DNA from: a virus
Length of the DNA stretch: 64,000 nucleotides
IMG/VR virus record: IMGVR_UViG_3300022752_000025
Location: 1-64,000 of that record
Strand: one strand, 5' to 3'
Positions 1 to 10,030 of this stretch are shown one piece after another; the stretch's first letter is position 1; each line of letters opens with the position of its first letter. The translations under genes and the position numbers were made by a program. Under the pieces are notes generated by a model. That model saw only the letters and a program-made list of their open reading frames with translations, ran no database searches and was not told where the DNA came from.

Positions 1-147
1 TTGAGCCTGTAGAGAATAAATTGTTAGACAAACTTGAGCCTGTAGAGAATAAATTGTTAGACAAACTTGAGCCTGTAGAGAATAAATTGTTAGACAAACT
101 TGAGCCTGTAGAGAATAAATTGTTAGACAAACTTGAGCCTGTAGAGA
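1..147. repeat. 33-bp tandem repeat (about 4.5 copies, cut by the window edge)
   Basis: Unit TTGAGCCTGTAGAGAATAAATTGTTAGACAAAC with no spacers; encodes an 11-aa repeat in the minus-strand CDS. Confidence 0.95.
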
Positions 148-616
148 AAAGATTATTTATTGTGCTAAAATTATTAATTAAATATCCGCTTAATGAATTT
201 ATTTTTATTATTAACTGCTCTCCAGTACTTGCAAGCTCTAAATCTGTGGCGTAATTATTATTTAAATCATTTATAGTATTTTGTAATACTCCACTTACAT
301 AAGAAATATTTGAATTAAGATTAGATCCAGTTAAATATAAATTAGAATTTAATGTATTTATTTGTAATTGAAAATATCCACTATTTCCTGAGATATAAAT
401 TGTATCAAAATTATTATCTAGTATAGATATGCCGTCTTTTCCAGATAAATATAAAAAAGAACCAGTTAAATTATTTATTTTTGAATTTTGGCCCATTGGA
501 CCCCTAGGGCCTTCTGGTCCAGCTATAAAAACGCTAGCGTTTATTGATTGAGTAGGTGAACTAACATCAACAGATATAGGATCTGGCAAATTAACATCAA
601 CATTAATGTCTGCCAT
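2..616 (-). CDS. Tail fibre/structural protein; N-terminal part only, runs off the window start
   Basis: Not in the ORF track. Manual translation from ATG 616 gives MADINVDVNLPDPISVDVSSPT...GPEGPRGPMG (short collagen-like triplets), stays open to position 2 and ends in LSNNLFSTGSS repeats. Same strand as neighbouring structural genes. Confidence 0.8.
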   Translation of the reverse strand, partial: MADINVDVNLPDPISVDVSSPTQSINASVFIAGPEGPRGPMGQNSKINNLTGSFLYLSGKDGISILDNNFDTIYISGNSGYFQLQINTLNSNLYLTGSNLNSNISYVSGVLQNTINDLNNNYATDLELASTGEQLIIKINSLSGYLINNFSTINNLFSTGSSLSNNLFSTGSSLSNNLFSTGSSLSNNLFSTGSSLSNNLFSTGS

Positions 617-620
617 ATAT

Positions 621-965
621 TTATCTCGTTACTTCTGGTAAAATTGAAAATTTTCCTCGCATTAATTTAATACTATTTCCAGTAGTAATACCTGATGGAT
701 ATCTTTCAATATCATAGATATGATCTCCGACGGGTATATCGTCAGATATATAAGAATTGATATTAATTCTTGCAATTCCACTTATTCCACTGGTAATTAA
801 TGGATTCAAATCCAATAAAACTCCAGACCATCCATAGCTTGGGCGAACCTGACCTCTTATTTCATAACCATCTAAATTAATTGCGTGTCCAGAACTATCT
901 TTTACATTTAAAACTAGCTGTATATAATCGCCTTGATACCCAGTAATATTATAATGCGTGGCCAT
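621..965 (-). CDS. Putative virion structural protein (BppU N-terminal-like beta-sandwich)
   Basis: YNI..YQGD...YDIE...GKF.I.PEVT pattern typical of small phage structural proteins; GTGTAAT motif upstream. Confidence 0.55.
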   Translation of the reverse strand: MATHYNITGYQGDYIQLVLNVKDSSGHAINLDGYEIRGQVRPSYGWSGVLLDLNPLITSGISGIARININSYISDDIPVGDHIYDIERYPSGITTGNSIKLMRGKFSILPEVTR

Positions 966-1037
966 ATAAATTATTACACGATATATATCTAAAATGATTT
1001 AAATCGTGCGAATAATTTAAAAGATTTTTTAAAAAAA

Positions 1038-1373
1038 TTATCTACCTTCAGATAAAATATCTTTTGCTGTTTTTGATATACTATTGTTTTTTACAATTGG
1101 CCTTTGTTTAAATTGAGAAGAAAATTTTTTAAATTCTAATTTAAGTCTTTTAATTAAACTATTTCTATCATCCACAGGAACAAGTCCAATCTTTATAGCG
1201 TGAGCTTGTAGATCACTTTTATTTAAATTATTTAAATAATCATCATACTTTTCTAGATCAAGAGTTCCATATTTAGACAAACCATCATTACCCCATACTT
1301 GGTCTAATGTTATTGGTTTTTCTATTTTACCATGAGCTTGATGTAAATTATCTAATTTTGATTTTTTTGGCAT
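1038..1373 (-). CDS. Hypothetical protein
   Basis: ORF track; AGGAG Shine-Dalgarno upstream. Confidence 0.75.
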   Translation of the reverse strand: MPKKSKLDNLHQAHGKIEKPITLDQVWGNDGLSKYGTLDLEKYDDYLNNLNKSDLQAHAIKIGLVPVDDRNSLIKRLKLEFKKFSSQFKQRPIVKNNSISKTAKDILSEGR

Positions 1374-1429
1374 ATTTTCTCCTATTATTTATTATAATGA
1401 AAAATAGTAATTTAGTCTAAAAAAAAGAA

Positions 1430-1455
1430 GACCCCTCAAACTTAATTGAGGGGTC
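1430..1455 (-). terminator. Rho-independent terminator after the major capsid gene
   Basis: GACCCCTCAA/TTGAGGGGTC stem followed by a U-tract on the minus strand. Confidence 0.85.
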
Positions 1456-1479
1456 CCCTTAATTTTAATTTACTAATCT

Positions 1480-2520
1480 TTAGTAAATATTGACGCCAGC
1501 GATTGCACGAGCATCAATACAAGCGCGACCTTCTTCAAGGAATCCATAAAAACCAATCTTGTCTGCGCGAGCCAAGAATTGATCGTCTGGAATGGCGGTG
1601 AATGTTCCACCGGACTCTGCTTGACGAGCTACTGGACGAACAAAAGCGTCTTTTGTTAAATCCAAGCCAATAATAAGTTCATTATTAGCGGCATCCCAGT
1701 TGGTGCTGTAGAATTCGCTGAACAATGTTTGATATTTTTGACCTTTTCCAAGCTCAATTAGATCATGGATGGTTACTCCATAAATCTCTTGAGTGCCTGC
1801 GCCGCGATAAATTTCTTCGCGAACACCGGCTGGAAGATCTGTACTTTCATTAGTTACAGGATTGTAAGCAAAAGAACGAATGTCTTGCTTGACTTCTGGA
1901 CTAACGAATAGATCTGTTAGGCTATAAGCATCTGTTGTAGAACCACCAGCATAAGAAGTATTCTTTCTTTTCATTGCGGTGATTAGTCTATTTAGATGAG
2001 TTAAAGTAAATGCAACTGTTGTTTCATTTACGCCAACTACATTACCACTTTCAGCTAAAGCTTTTAGAAGAACAGCCCAAGCATTACGCTCTTGTTTTAC
2101 AAGAACTTCATTGCTCATGCGTTCTACTGCTTTACTGACTACATCCAAACGACCACGGCGAGCATAGCGTTTTAGGAAACTTACTGCGCTATCTAAACGA
2201 TATGTAGAGACTTTCATTTCACTGAAACCTTCTACTGCAGAAGTTGGAAGACCACCTGCTACGCTTTGACTCCAAGTTGTAACATAGCCTTGACCTTCAT
2301 TATAAAGATCTAGAGGGATAGATGGACTATCATCTTCATCAAAAGGAAGATCTGTGTAAACAGCGGAGGCTGTTGAAGCTTGCATTAGTACTTTATTGAC
2401 TACTGGGCCAATAAAAGCTGCAAAAGCTTCAGATGCTTCTTTAGCAACAGATGCTTCACGACTTCCCATGGCTTTTACAAGCTCGATTTGTTCTGGGGTA
2501 TTTTTTAATCTTAATTTCAT
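1480..2520 (-). CDS. Major capsid protein
   Basis: 346 aa, strong SD, last gene of the protease-decoration-capsid order, followed by a terminator; HK97-like C-terminus (GFYGFLEEGRACID.RAI). Confidence 0.8.
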   Translation of the reverse strand: MKLRLKNTPEQIELVKAMGSREASVAKEASEAFAAFIGPVVNKVLMQASTASAVYTDLPFDEDDSPSIPLDLYNEGQGYVTTWSQSVAGGLPTSAVEGFSEMKVSTYRLDSAVSFLKRYARRGRLDVVSKAVERMSNEVLVKQERNAWAVLLKALAESGNVVGVNETTVAFTLTHLNRLITAMKRKNTSYAGGSTTDAYSLTDLFVSPEVKQDIRSFAYNPVTNESTDLPAGVREEIYRGAGTQEIYGVTIHDLIELGKGQKYQTLFSEFYSTNWDAANNELIIGLDLTKDAFVRPVARQAESGGTFTAIPDDQFLARADKIGFYGFLEEGRACIDARAIAGVNIY

Positions 2521-2543
2521 TTTAAATTTTCTCCTTTATAAGA

Positions 2544-3101
2544 TTATAGCTCAATTTTGAGAAGAGCGACGTTTTGAACAGCTGTGCTTAGCCATCTGCC
2601 AACTTTAACTGCTCCACCTGCTGGTAGAACGGCTGCGGAAGCTAATTCGCCATCTGTAGCGCCTACGTAAGCTACGTGACCGGCTGTAGCATTTGTTCCA
2701 CTGTACATAACAAGTCCTTTTGTAAGAACTGGTACAGCTTGACCACTTACTACTACGCCCATCTCTGCTGCTTTACGTGGATTGAAAACTAGTTTTTCAC
2801 CATTTTCGTCAGTTTCACGGACATCCATGAGGGTTAGTCCTAGAACAGCTTCGCCAGAAGCGGCTACTGCTACTTTAGCGGAAACGCCATATCTTTGTGA
2901 AACTACATTAGATCCAAAATTTCCACCAACATTACCTAGAAGTTCTGTTGGAGAAACATTTGTGATACCAGGATTAAATCCTGGAGCCATTACTTTAACA
3001 GCTAGACCTTTTACAACATGTGTACTGTCGCCGCTAAAGGAAAAGAGATTGATGACATCGTGTTCATCATAATCTCTGAATGGTTTTAGGTTGTGTGCCA
3101 T
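2544..3101 (-). CDS. Capsid decoration/cement protein
   Basis: Gly/Ala/Val-rich 185 aa between scaffold and capsid genes. Confidence 0.6.
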   Translation of the reverse strand: MAHNLKPFRDYDEHDVINLFSFSGDSTHVVKGLAVKVMAPGFNPGITNVSPTELLGNVGGNFGSNVVSQRYGVSAKVAVAASGEAVLGLTLMDVRETDENGEKLVFNPRKAAEMGVVVSGQAVPVLTKGLVMYSGTNATAGHVAYVGATDGELASAAVLPAGGAVKVGRWLSTAVQNVALLKIEL

Positions 3102-3113
3102 ATATTTATCTCC

Positions 3114-4679
3114 TTATTTATTTATTAATTCAAATCCGTCCAAACCAAAAGCTGCTGCATATTTTTCTTTTATGCTTGGCTGTGAAGCTGGTGCTGAATT
3201 TGGAATATCTGTAGAAGCTTTTGCTCCGTTATCTACAGCTTGTTCAACAACCTCCTGGGTTGTAGAAATTTCTTTTGCAGATTCTAAAGAAGCTTTGACC
3301 ATTTTGGTACTTTCTTCTTCTTTATTTTCATCTGCGCTTTTATCTTTAGCAATTTTTTTGGCAGCTTTATTTTTTTCTTTCATAATAACAGCCATTTTAT
3401 TTTTATAAGCAGAAAATGCTTCTTCAGACATTTCTTTGATGTCTGCTGCTAAAATTTTACGTTCTTCATCGTTTAATTCGAACTCTTCATCAAATGAAGC
3501 CATACGCATGTTGAAAGCTTCTTCTTGAGCTTTAGCTACTTTTTCGGCCTCTAATGAAGCAAGTTTTTGAGTTAATTCCTCTACTTGTTTTTTGACGCTT
3601 TCATGCTCGGTAGAAACTGCAGCAATTTTATCATTAGCAGCTTTGAGTTCATTTTCTTTTTCACTTTTTTCTGCTAGAAAAGCGTCATTAGCTTTTTTAA
3701 TTTCTTCTGCAATAAATTCAACTACAGAACTAGCTGTAGCTTCTTTTAGCAGAGAATCAGTAATATCTTCAATTTTGGTTATTTTCATATATATCCTCTC
3801 TTTTTTTACATTTAAATTTTCATCTTGGGAAACGTTATTTTCTGAAGCAATTAATGGTTCTATTATGTCTTCAGTTTTTTCTACGGATTCTTCTGAGCTT
3901 TTATTATCTTTTAATTCGATTTTTACGGGCTCTTGAAGAGGCGCAGCGATTCCTTGAACATCAGCCGCAGGATTTAACGTAAATCCTATGCCTAATGGGA
4001 CAACTTTCCCTAAGACTTGTCTGTAAATTAATTTATTATCTAGTTTACCTGTTCCGCCAAACCCTCTTAGATTATCTTTTATTTTTTCAATTTCATTTGC
4101 ATCAGATATAATTGTAGCATTTTCTATATTTTTTTCACCATTCTCTAAAACAACTATATTAAAATCATTAAATCCAAGCTCCCAACTAGCAGAAATTGTC
4201 ATATAATTATTACTAGTTGGATCATTTGACTCTTCTATTTGATCGGCTAAATCTCTGTCTACAACTTTCCAGATGACTCCTCCCAAAGTAATATTAAAAG
4301 GATTTTTTATATCTTTTATTTCTGATTCAGCTAAAGCTTCATTTGTACCAAATTTACTAAAATTAGCAGATAATATACATCCTATTACTTGTTTTCTATT
4401 ATGTTCAATATTAATTGGTTTGTTAATAAAATTTTTAGCTATTTTTGCTGCAGTTTCTCCATCAATAACATCTCCATTTTTATTAACACGATTTACAACA
4501 CAGGCATCAAAAGCTACTGGTAATAAATCAATATTATCTTCTGTATTTATTTCTGGTAAAAATTTTCTTAATTTATCCAAAGATGCAACAGATAAATATT
4601 TATCTTTTTCTTCACTCACTATTGGGCGAATTTTAATATTCGCAAATATTGATTCAAATTTGTATTTTTGTTTTTTCAT
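3114..4679 (-). CDS. Prohead protease fused to coiled-coil scaffold
   Basis: NKNGD...INIEH...SASWE...PAA herpes-type maturation protease motifs; E/K/A-rich helical C-terminal half. Confidence 0.7.
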   Translation of the reverse strand: MKKQKYKFESIFANIKIRPIVSEEKDKYLSVASLDKLRKFLPEINTEDNIDLLPVAFDACVVNRVNKNGDVIDGETAAKIAKNFINKPINIEHNRKQVIGCILSANFSKFGTNEALAESEIKDIKNPFNITLGGVIWKVVDRDLADQIEESNDPTSNNYMTISASWELGFNDFNIVVLENGEKNIENATIISDANEIEKIKDNLRGFGGTGKLDNKLIYRQVLGKVVPLGIGFTLNPAADVQGIAAPLQEPVKIELKDNKSSEESVEKTEDIIEPLIASENNVSQDENLNVKKERIYMKITKIEDITDSLLKEATASSVVEFIAEEIKKANDAFLAEKSEKENELKAANDKIAAVSTEHESVKKQVEELTQKLASLEAEKVAKAQEEAFNMRMASFDEEFELNDEERKILAADIKEMSEEAFSAYKNKMAVIMKEKNKAAKKIAKDKSADENKEEESTKMVKASLESAKEISTTQEVVEQAVDNGAKASTDIPNSAPASQPSIKEKYAAAFGLDGFELINK

Positions 4680-5263
4680 ATTTCAAATCTTCCATAACCA
4701 AATATTACACCATCTTCTTCATCATCTAGATATAATTCGTCAGCAGAAGAAAAATCAAAATCTCCAAGATTATTTTCTTTAATATCTAAATCTGCCATTT
4801 CAAAATCTTCATCAGATGGTTCAAGCATTGGTTCAATTACAATTCCTGTTCTGGCTTTGGCAATGTCTGTGTCTGCTTTACGATATGCATCTTTGACGGG
4901 TTTTCCACTAACCATCCTAAGAAACATATTTACGCGAGCCATTGCCCACTGTCCACGGGTTTTACCTGGGCGATGAGAAGATGAAAATGCTCCAGCTCCA
5001 CGACGATAAACTTTTTTAAGTTGGCTTAAACTAACTTTCTTTTTATTTTTTGAATTATGTTCTTTTGCTTTATTTTTAAGAGACTCAATAACTTTTTTAG
5101 AAAATTCAATAGCTTTATCGCTTTTAGTTCCAGCGCTCCCAGGTTTATTTTTAGAAGAACCTTTTTTTCTCTCGGATGGTTTTGCTGGAGTTTGTGCTGC
5201 AGACTTAGGGCCTTTTCTTTTAGCATTATTTTCTATGCCATATTTTTCTGGATCGTAAGTCAT
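4676..5263 (-). CDS. Basic head-associated hypothetical protein (DUF5824-like)
   Basis: LKKVYRRGAGAF...QWAMARVN motif; family name from recall. Confidence 0.55.
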   Translation of the reverse strand: MTYDPEKYGIENNAKRKGPKSAAQTPAKPSERKKGSSKNKPGSAGTKSDKAIEFSKKVIESLKNKAKEHNSKNKKKVSLSQLKKVYRRGAGAFSSSHRPGKTRGQWAMARVNMFLRMVSGKPVKDAYRKADTDIAKARTGIVIEPMLEPSDEDFEMADLDIKENNLGDFDFSSADELYLDDEEDGVIFGYGRFEI

Positions 5264-5359
5264 ATATCTATTAAATAATATTATTAATTAATATTACACA
5301 TAATTCTATTATTTTTAATTAATTTTAATTATTTTTAAAATATAATAATCTATTATTTT

Positions 5360-6226
5360 TTAAGATAAAATTATTTTACCTTGCGAAACGCCCTGTTTAT
5401 TTATATTAAGTTCTCCAATTTTATAAGTTGGTAAAATATCATTAATTGTAAATAAAGTCGCTGTATATCCTCCTCCAAGACTAGTCATAGTCGAATTAAT
5501 ATCATTAATATAATAAGAAAGACTAGGGCCACTTATACTAAGAAGAAATGTAAAAGTTAATATAATTTTGTTTTCAAATACAAGGCATATTGGATTTCCA
5601 GAATCTCCACCTACTGGAACTTCATAAAAATTAGCTCTTTGTGCAAAATCAGTTGACGATTGACATACTCCACCCGCTCCATCAAGATAATATTCTCCAA
5701 CAAGCGCATTTCTGTCTTGATCCATAAAAAATGCAGGGAGTTTAACGCTTGAATTAGTTTGATTTGCTATATTAATATCTAATATTTTAGCAAAAGAAAC
5801 GCTAGTAATATCTGAATCTAATAATCCTATTTGAATATCTGTACTACCAACTTGCGCAGAATTTGAAAGAGTTCTTGTATAACAGTTATTATTCATATCA
5901 ACAAAAACAAAAGTTGTTCCATTATAAAATCTAAAATGATTTGCATAAACTATATGTCTAGGACTAATAAGCGTGCCTGATCCTCCATATCCGCCAGGAT
6001 TAAAAGGTATTGGTCCGCTAGCATTATTATTCCAAATTGATTGAGGAGAAGTGTCTATATTTTTTGCCCAACATGTTGTGCTTCTTGTGAAAGCTGGAAT
6101 TGTAGCGCTAGGACTTTTAGAAGAAAATATTTGTTTAGTAGTTGAATTAGCTGTTAATCCTACTATTTTATTATCTATATTAGGATCAAATATAGATCTA
6201 ATAGATGCGCTTTGAGTAATAATCAT
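5360..6226 (-). CDS. Trypsin-like serine protease domain protein
   Basis: GTLISPRHIVYANH (His), DIQIG (Asp), GGDSGNP (Ser) triad motifs. Confidence 0.75.
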   Translation of the reverse strand: MIITQSASIRSIFDPNIDNKIVGLTANSTTKQIFSSKSPSATIPAFTRSTTCWAKNIDTSPQSIWNNNASGPIPFNPGGYGGSGTLISPRHIVYANHFRFYNGTTFVFVDMNNNCYTRTLSNSAQVGSTDIQIGLLDSDITSVSFAKILDINIANQTNSSVKLPAFFMDQDRNALVGEYYLDGAGGVCQSSTDFAQRANFYEVPVGGDSGNPICLVFENKIILTFTFLLSISGPSLSYYINDINSTMTSLGGGYTATLFTINDILPTYKIGELNINKQGVSQGKIILS

Positions 6227-6255
6227 ATACGTATATTAAAATTACACAAATTACT

Positions 6256-6288
6256 AGATAATGCAACGGTTAGAACATTGCATTATCT
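6256..6288. terminator. Strong hairpin, possible terminator
   Basis: AGATAATGCAA/TTGCATTATCT 11-bp inverted repeat; U-tract weak. Confidence 0.45.
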
Positions 6289-6338
6289 TTACCTAACTTT
6301 CGAGGCTTCCGCCTCCGAGACCGTAGTCTTCCAAGTCT

Positions 6339-7613
6339 TTATTCGTATCTATTGATAAAATTATTATATAATTGTATTATCTCATTTTGAGAAAGAACAG
6401 ATTTATATATATGTATTACACCAACATCTAAATTATTTAAAAATCTTTTTGATGCTCCGCCGCTATTTGCAGGATTAATGGAGTATCGTTTATTTTTGAA
6501 TTTAACATTAGATTTACCAATATAAAGTTTTTTTATTTCAGTTAAAGGAACATCCGCAGGAATTTTACAATCAAAAATAGGATTTTGATATGAATAACAA
6601 ATAGATCCATTAATTCTTTTAAATCCAGGTCTAGTAGGAGAAATTTGATTTCTAGATGAGCTTGATCTTGAGCCAGGATTTCCAGGACTACCCCTTATTA
6701 AAGGATTAAAATCTAATTTAGCTATATTCATTAAATTTCCATTAACATAAACGCTTACTCTCGTTGGAGCAAGATCATAATTTTTTGGCTCTCTTTGTCC
6801 GCATTCCATTGTAATTACCAAATGATACGTTTTATTAAATTCAAATAAAAAATCTGTCATTAAAGTATGATTTTTTGCACGATCTTTTAAACTAAAAACA
6901 AAAGAAAATGGTTCAAATTTATATTGATAAGCTCTATTATAATTTAATATATACTGACTATTTTTTCCTAAATAATGTGGAGATCTATATCCTATTGCAA
7001 AATCTTTTGTATTTAAAAATATTCCCTTTTTTTCTCTAATTATTTTATTATTAACGGTGTCGCTTCTATGAGTTACTGGTCCTTTTAATTTTATAAAACA
7101 AGAAAAAGTTTTATAAGTATTTTCTTGTAAAAAATTAAATGTATTTTCTTTTGGATCTGTTAATTCTAACAAAGCATTAGTTCGTTCTTTTACGCCATAT
7201 GCTTGACTCTTTTTTATATAAGAATAAAAACCTATTGGTACATCTGAATTATCATTAAATTTTTCATATGAAAAAAATGCACCACTAATTCCACCTTTTC
7301 TAATTAAATTATTTGGATCATCTGTTTTATTTAAAATTTTTCCTTGAGATTTAACGTATGCGGTTGGTGGTATGATGTTATTTTTATCATCAAAAATATT
7401 ATTTAATTTACAGAAAGCTCGTTCAACTTCTGCGTCTTCGCCAAGAAGAGGATTAATTGCATAGCCTTTATAATATAAAGGATCAAATAAATAAATTAAA
7501 TTATTATTTTGTGGCGACATAGCTATAGACCCTGGTAAAATTGGTATTTCTGAATTCCCAGGAAAACTAAATGCATTCCCACTACCATTAAAATCTATTT
7601 CTATATTATTCAT
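6339..7613 (-). CDS. Putative LamG/concanavalin A-like structural protein
   Basis: YHLVIT...VYVNG...IHIYKSVLSQNEIIQLYN LamG-type signature. Confidence 0.55.
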   Translation of the reverse strand: MNNIEIDFNGSGNAFSFPGNSEIPILPGSIAMSPQNNNLIYLFDPLYYKGYAINPLLGEDAEVERAFCKLNNIFDDKNNIIPPTAYVKSQGKILNKTDDPNNLIRKGGISGAFFSYEKFNDNSDVPIGFYSYIKKSQAYGVKERTNALLELTDPKENTFNFLQENTYKTFSCFIKLKGPVTHRSDTVNNKIIREKKGIFLNTKDFAIGYRSPHYLGKNSQYILNYNRAYQYKFEPFSFVFSLKDRAKNHTLMTDFLFEFNKTYHLVITMECGQREPKNYDLAPTRVSVYVNGNLMNIAKLDFNPLIRGSPGNPGSRSSSSRNQISPTRPGFKRINGSICYSYQNPIFDCKIPADVPLTEIKKLYIGKSNVKFKNKRYSINPANSGGASKRFLNNLDVGVIHIYKSVLSQNEIIQLYNNFINRYE

Positions 7614-7641
7614 TAATTTATATAATTAAATTACACTTGTT

Positions 7642-8334
7642 CTACTCTTTGAATTTATCAGATATAATCTTATCTGTTTCTTTTATATTATCTTTTGGAT
7701 TAATTACAGCATTAGCGAGCGCCTGTTCTATTAATTTAGCTTCAGCATCACGGCGGCGAGTCATACCTTTTTCTATGCTTCCGCCCATCCAAATCCTTTT
7801 CATACTTCTAATTTGCTCTGCAATTTGATTCAAGGTTTTTTCGTCAAAGCTTTCTGCTTTTAACATAATATCACGGATAGCTTTCATTTCGCGGCGACGA
7901 TCACCTTCTAAAGCTGCGCCACGATTAAACACAAGGCTAACTAACCCACCTTTGGCATCTTCTGGAAGTTTATCAAAATTTGGAAAAGTTGCTTGGGTAA
8001 GATCATAAAATTTCTTTACTGTTTTATTCATAAATACTTTTACTGATAATTCCCAAGGTATAATTATATCTTTTAATCTTCTAGCTAGCTCTTTTGCTTG
8101 ATAACCTTTGACTCCGACAACGCGGTATAATCTGTCAAATATTTCTTTAGGAAGATCTTTCCAATCATTAGAAAATTCTGTTTTGTTTACATATCCAAGA
8201 TCATAACCAACGCCAACTGTAACTCCACTCTGCTCTCCTGGCCATGTTGGATTTTTTAAAAATTTATTATAATAATTTTTGCCACCACCAACTTCAAATT
8301 CAAGAATAAGTTCTAAAGATTTATTGTTTAACAT
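7642..8334 (-). CDS. Endolysin (lysozyme, pesticin-C/GH24-like)
   Basis: FEVG...WPG..SGVTVGVGYDLG...LVSLVFNRG...RRRDAEA. Confidence 0.8.
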   Translation of the reverse strand: MLNNKSLELILEFEVGGGKNYYNKFLKNPTWPGEQSGVTVGVGYDLGYVNKTEFSNDWKDLPKEIFDRLYRVVGVKGYQAKELARRLKDIIIPWELSVKVFMNKTVKKFYDLTQATFPNFDKLPEDAKGGLVSLVFNRGAALEGDRRREMKAIRDIMLKAESFDEKTLNQIAEQIRSMKRIWMGGSIEKGMTRRRDAEAKLIEQALANAVINPKDNIKETDKIISDKFKE

Positions 8335-8336
8335 TT

Positions 8337-9443
8337 TTAATAAAATTTATTTATAATTGCTCCTACGCCAACATTAAAAGTCTTATTTGTTACAGGATAC
8401 ATAAATATTTTACTATTAGGTTGAATTACATACCCAGATTGATCTGCGATACTTCCTACCATTTGCCATTGAATAGGATCTGCGTCGCCATTAAATCCAT
8501 CATCATAATAATAAAAAGCTTTAAATGTTCCATTAGGTTCTTGAATATAAAAAGTATCAGCAGTTATAAATGCATTATTTCCACCAGTAAATTCATTTTT
8601 ATTGAAGATTGTATCTATCGTATTAATTGATCCGCCTTTATAAATATAAATATTTTCTGTATTTGTAATTACATTATTTATAGCATAAGGTTTTAGTTTA
8701 GTAACATTTTGTTTTCCTAAACTTAATTTTCCACTATAATATTTCTCTATAAATGCACCACCACCTACATGAATATCAAGATCTGGGTTATTGCATGTAA
8801 AAACTAAAATAGATCCATTTGGAATTACATAATTATCATAATTAAGTTCATCCATTGGAGAAATCCATTCTGAAGTAGTACTAAGAAAACTATCGCTTGG
8901 ACCACTTAAACTTCCTTCTTTATATATATCTATTTGATCCAATAAAGCAAAAATAGACGGATTAAAAATCTGGGCTAAAGTATTATTTGTTGCAGATCTA
9001 AATACATATACTGCATCATCGAATTGATTAATAGGTTTTAATTTAGTTAAAATTTGTTTTTTAATAGAAGTTTTTCCAGAAGAAAAATTCTCTACCATAG
9101 CATTTACATTTGCATTTTGGCCTAAATTAATTGCTGAATAATTTACAATATCACTTTTTAATCTAAAAACTGCATTTATTGGTACAACATAATCGTTAAC
9201 TATTTCTGAAGCGCTAGAATTATACCAATCTATGCCATCTGTAGAAAAAGTAATTGGATCATTTATATCACCATTTATATACATATTCAATGCATATTCC
9301 GTATTAAAAACACTATAATAAGTTGGATCAATAAAATTTATTAAACTTAGTCCTACTGGACCTTTAAATCTAATATATTTTTCTTCGTATGATTTAAGAA
9401 TAACTTGACTAAATAATTTTTTGTTTAAAATCAAACTACCCAT
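8337..9443 (-). CDS. Putative structural protein with three internal repeats
   Basis: Repeated blocks DYVVPINA / NYVIPNGS / GYVIQPNS, each followed by a G-rich linker. Confidence 0.65.
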   Translation of the reverse strand: MGSLILNKKLFSQVILKSYEEKYIRFKGPVGLSLINFIDPTYYSVFNTEYALNMYINGDINDPITFSTDGIDWYNSSASEIVNDYVVPINAVFRLKSDIVNYSAINLGQNANVNAMVENFSSGKTSIKKQILTKLKPINQFDDAVYVFRSATNNTLAQIFNPSIFALLDQIDIYKEGSLSGPSDSFLSTTSEWISPMDELNYDNYVIPNGSILVFTCNNPDLDIHVGGGAFIEKYYSGKLSLGKQNVTKLKPYAINNVITNTENIYIYKGGSINTIDTIFNKNEFTGGNNAFITADTFYIQEPNGTFKAFYYYDDGFNGDADPIQWQMVGSIADQSGYVIQPNSKIFMYPVTNKTFNVGVGAIINKFY

Positions 9444-9444
9444 T

Positions 9445-9861
9445 TTAGTTATTTATTTTATCTATTGTTTTATCTAGTATATTATCTGCTGGAACTTTTT
9501 CTTTTAGCCAAGAGTTTAAAACTCCAAAATAAACGAGATGTTCATTATCAATTAAAAAAAGATCATTTCCATAACGATCTTTATATGGCTGTACTCCAGC
9601 ATTCTCAACAAGTTCAATAGCTTTTTCTTTTTTAAATTTTATTTTATACATTTCAATTAATTTATTATATCTATCTCTTGCTTGATAAGTAATTACTGCT
9701 CCATTATCTAAAAGAGCAATTAATCCTCCGTTATCTTTATTATAATTTGCTGGGGTTGAACTATCAAAAGATGCAACATCGTCTTGAATTTTATCTGGAG
9801 TTACAGTTGCACAGCTAACAAGAAGAAAATTAAGAACCAATACGTTTACGAATTTTTTCAA
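9445..9861 (-). CDS. Lipoprotein, o-spanin candidate
   Basis: Signal peptide with lipobox LVSC; overlaps the upstream small membrane gene in the lysis cluster. Confidence 0.55.
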   Translation of the reverse strand: MKKFVNVLVLNFLLVSCATVTPDKIQDDVASFDSSTPANYNKDNGGLIALLDNGAVITYQARDRYNKLIEMYKIKFKKEKAIELVENAGVQPYKDRYGNDLFLIDNEHLVYFGVLNSWLKEKVPADNILDKTIDKINN

Positions 9862-10030
9862 GATCTTTCTCCTTAATCTCTTGCTCTATTTCATTTTGAT
9901 ATTCTATTTCTTTGCGAGCTTGATCACGGTCTTTCATTTCTTTGGTGTTTTTTGCACCAAATACATTATTAATTGCTGAAAAAATACCAGAAATTGCACT
10001 TAAAAAAGCTTGTACAATTCCAGTTGGCAT
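9830..10030 (-). CDS. Small membrane/coiled-coil protein, i-spanin candidate
   Basis: Hydrophobic N-terminus plus charged helix. Confidence 0.5.
   Translation of the reverse strand: MPTGIVQAFLSAISGIFSAINNVFGAKNTKEMKDRDQARKEIEYQNEIEQEIKEKDLEKIRKRIGS

Noticed and set aside
21-254. + strand ORF with LLDKLEPVENK repeats, or a CRISPR-like array
   Set aside because: It is the antisense shadow of the minus-strand structural gene; the 33-bp units are contiguous with no spacers
2782-5278. + strand ORFs opposite the head genes (similarly 11777, 16357, 16834, 24938, 34321, 41139, 41306 and others)
   Set aside because: Antisense shadows of well-supported genes with implausible composition
6296-6336. 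Hammerhead ribozyme (stem followed by GAAA)
   Set aside because: CUGANGA core missing
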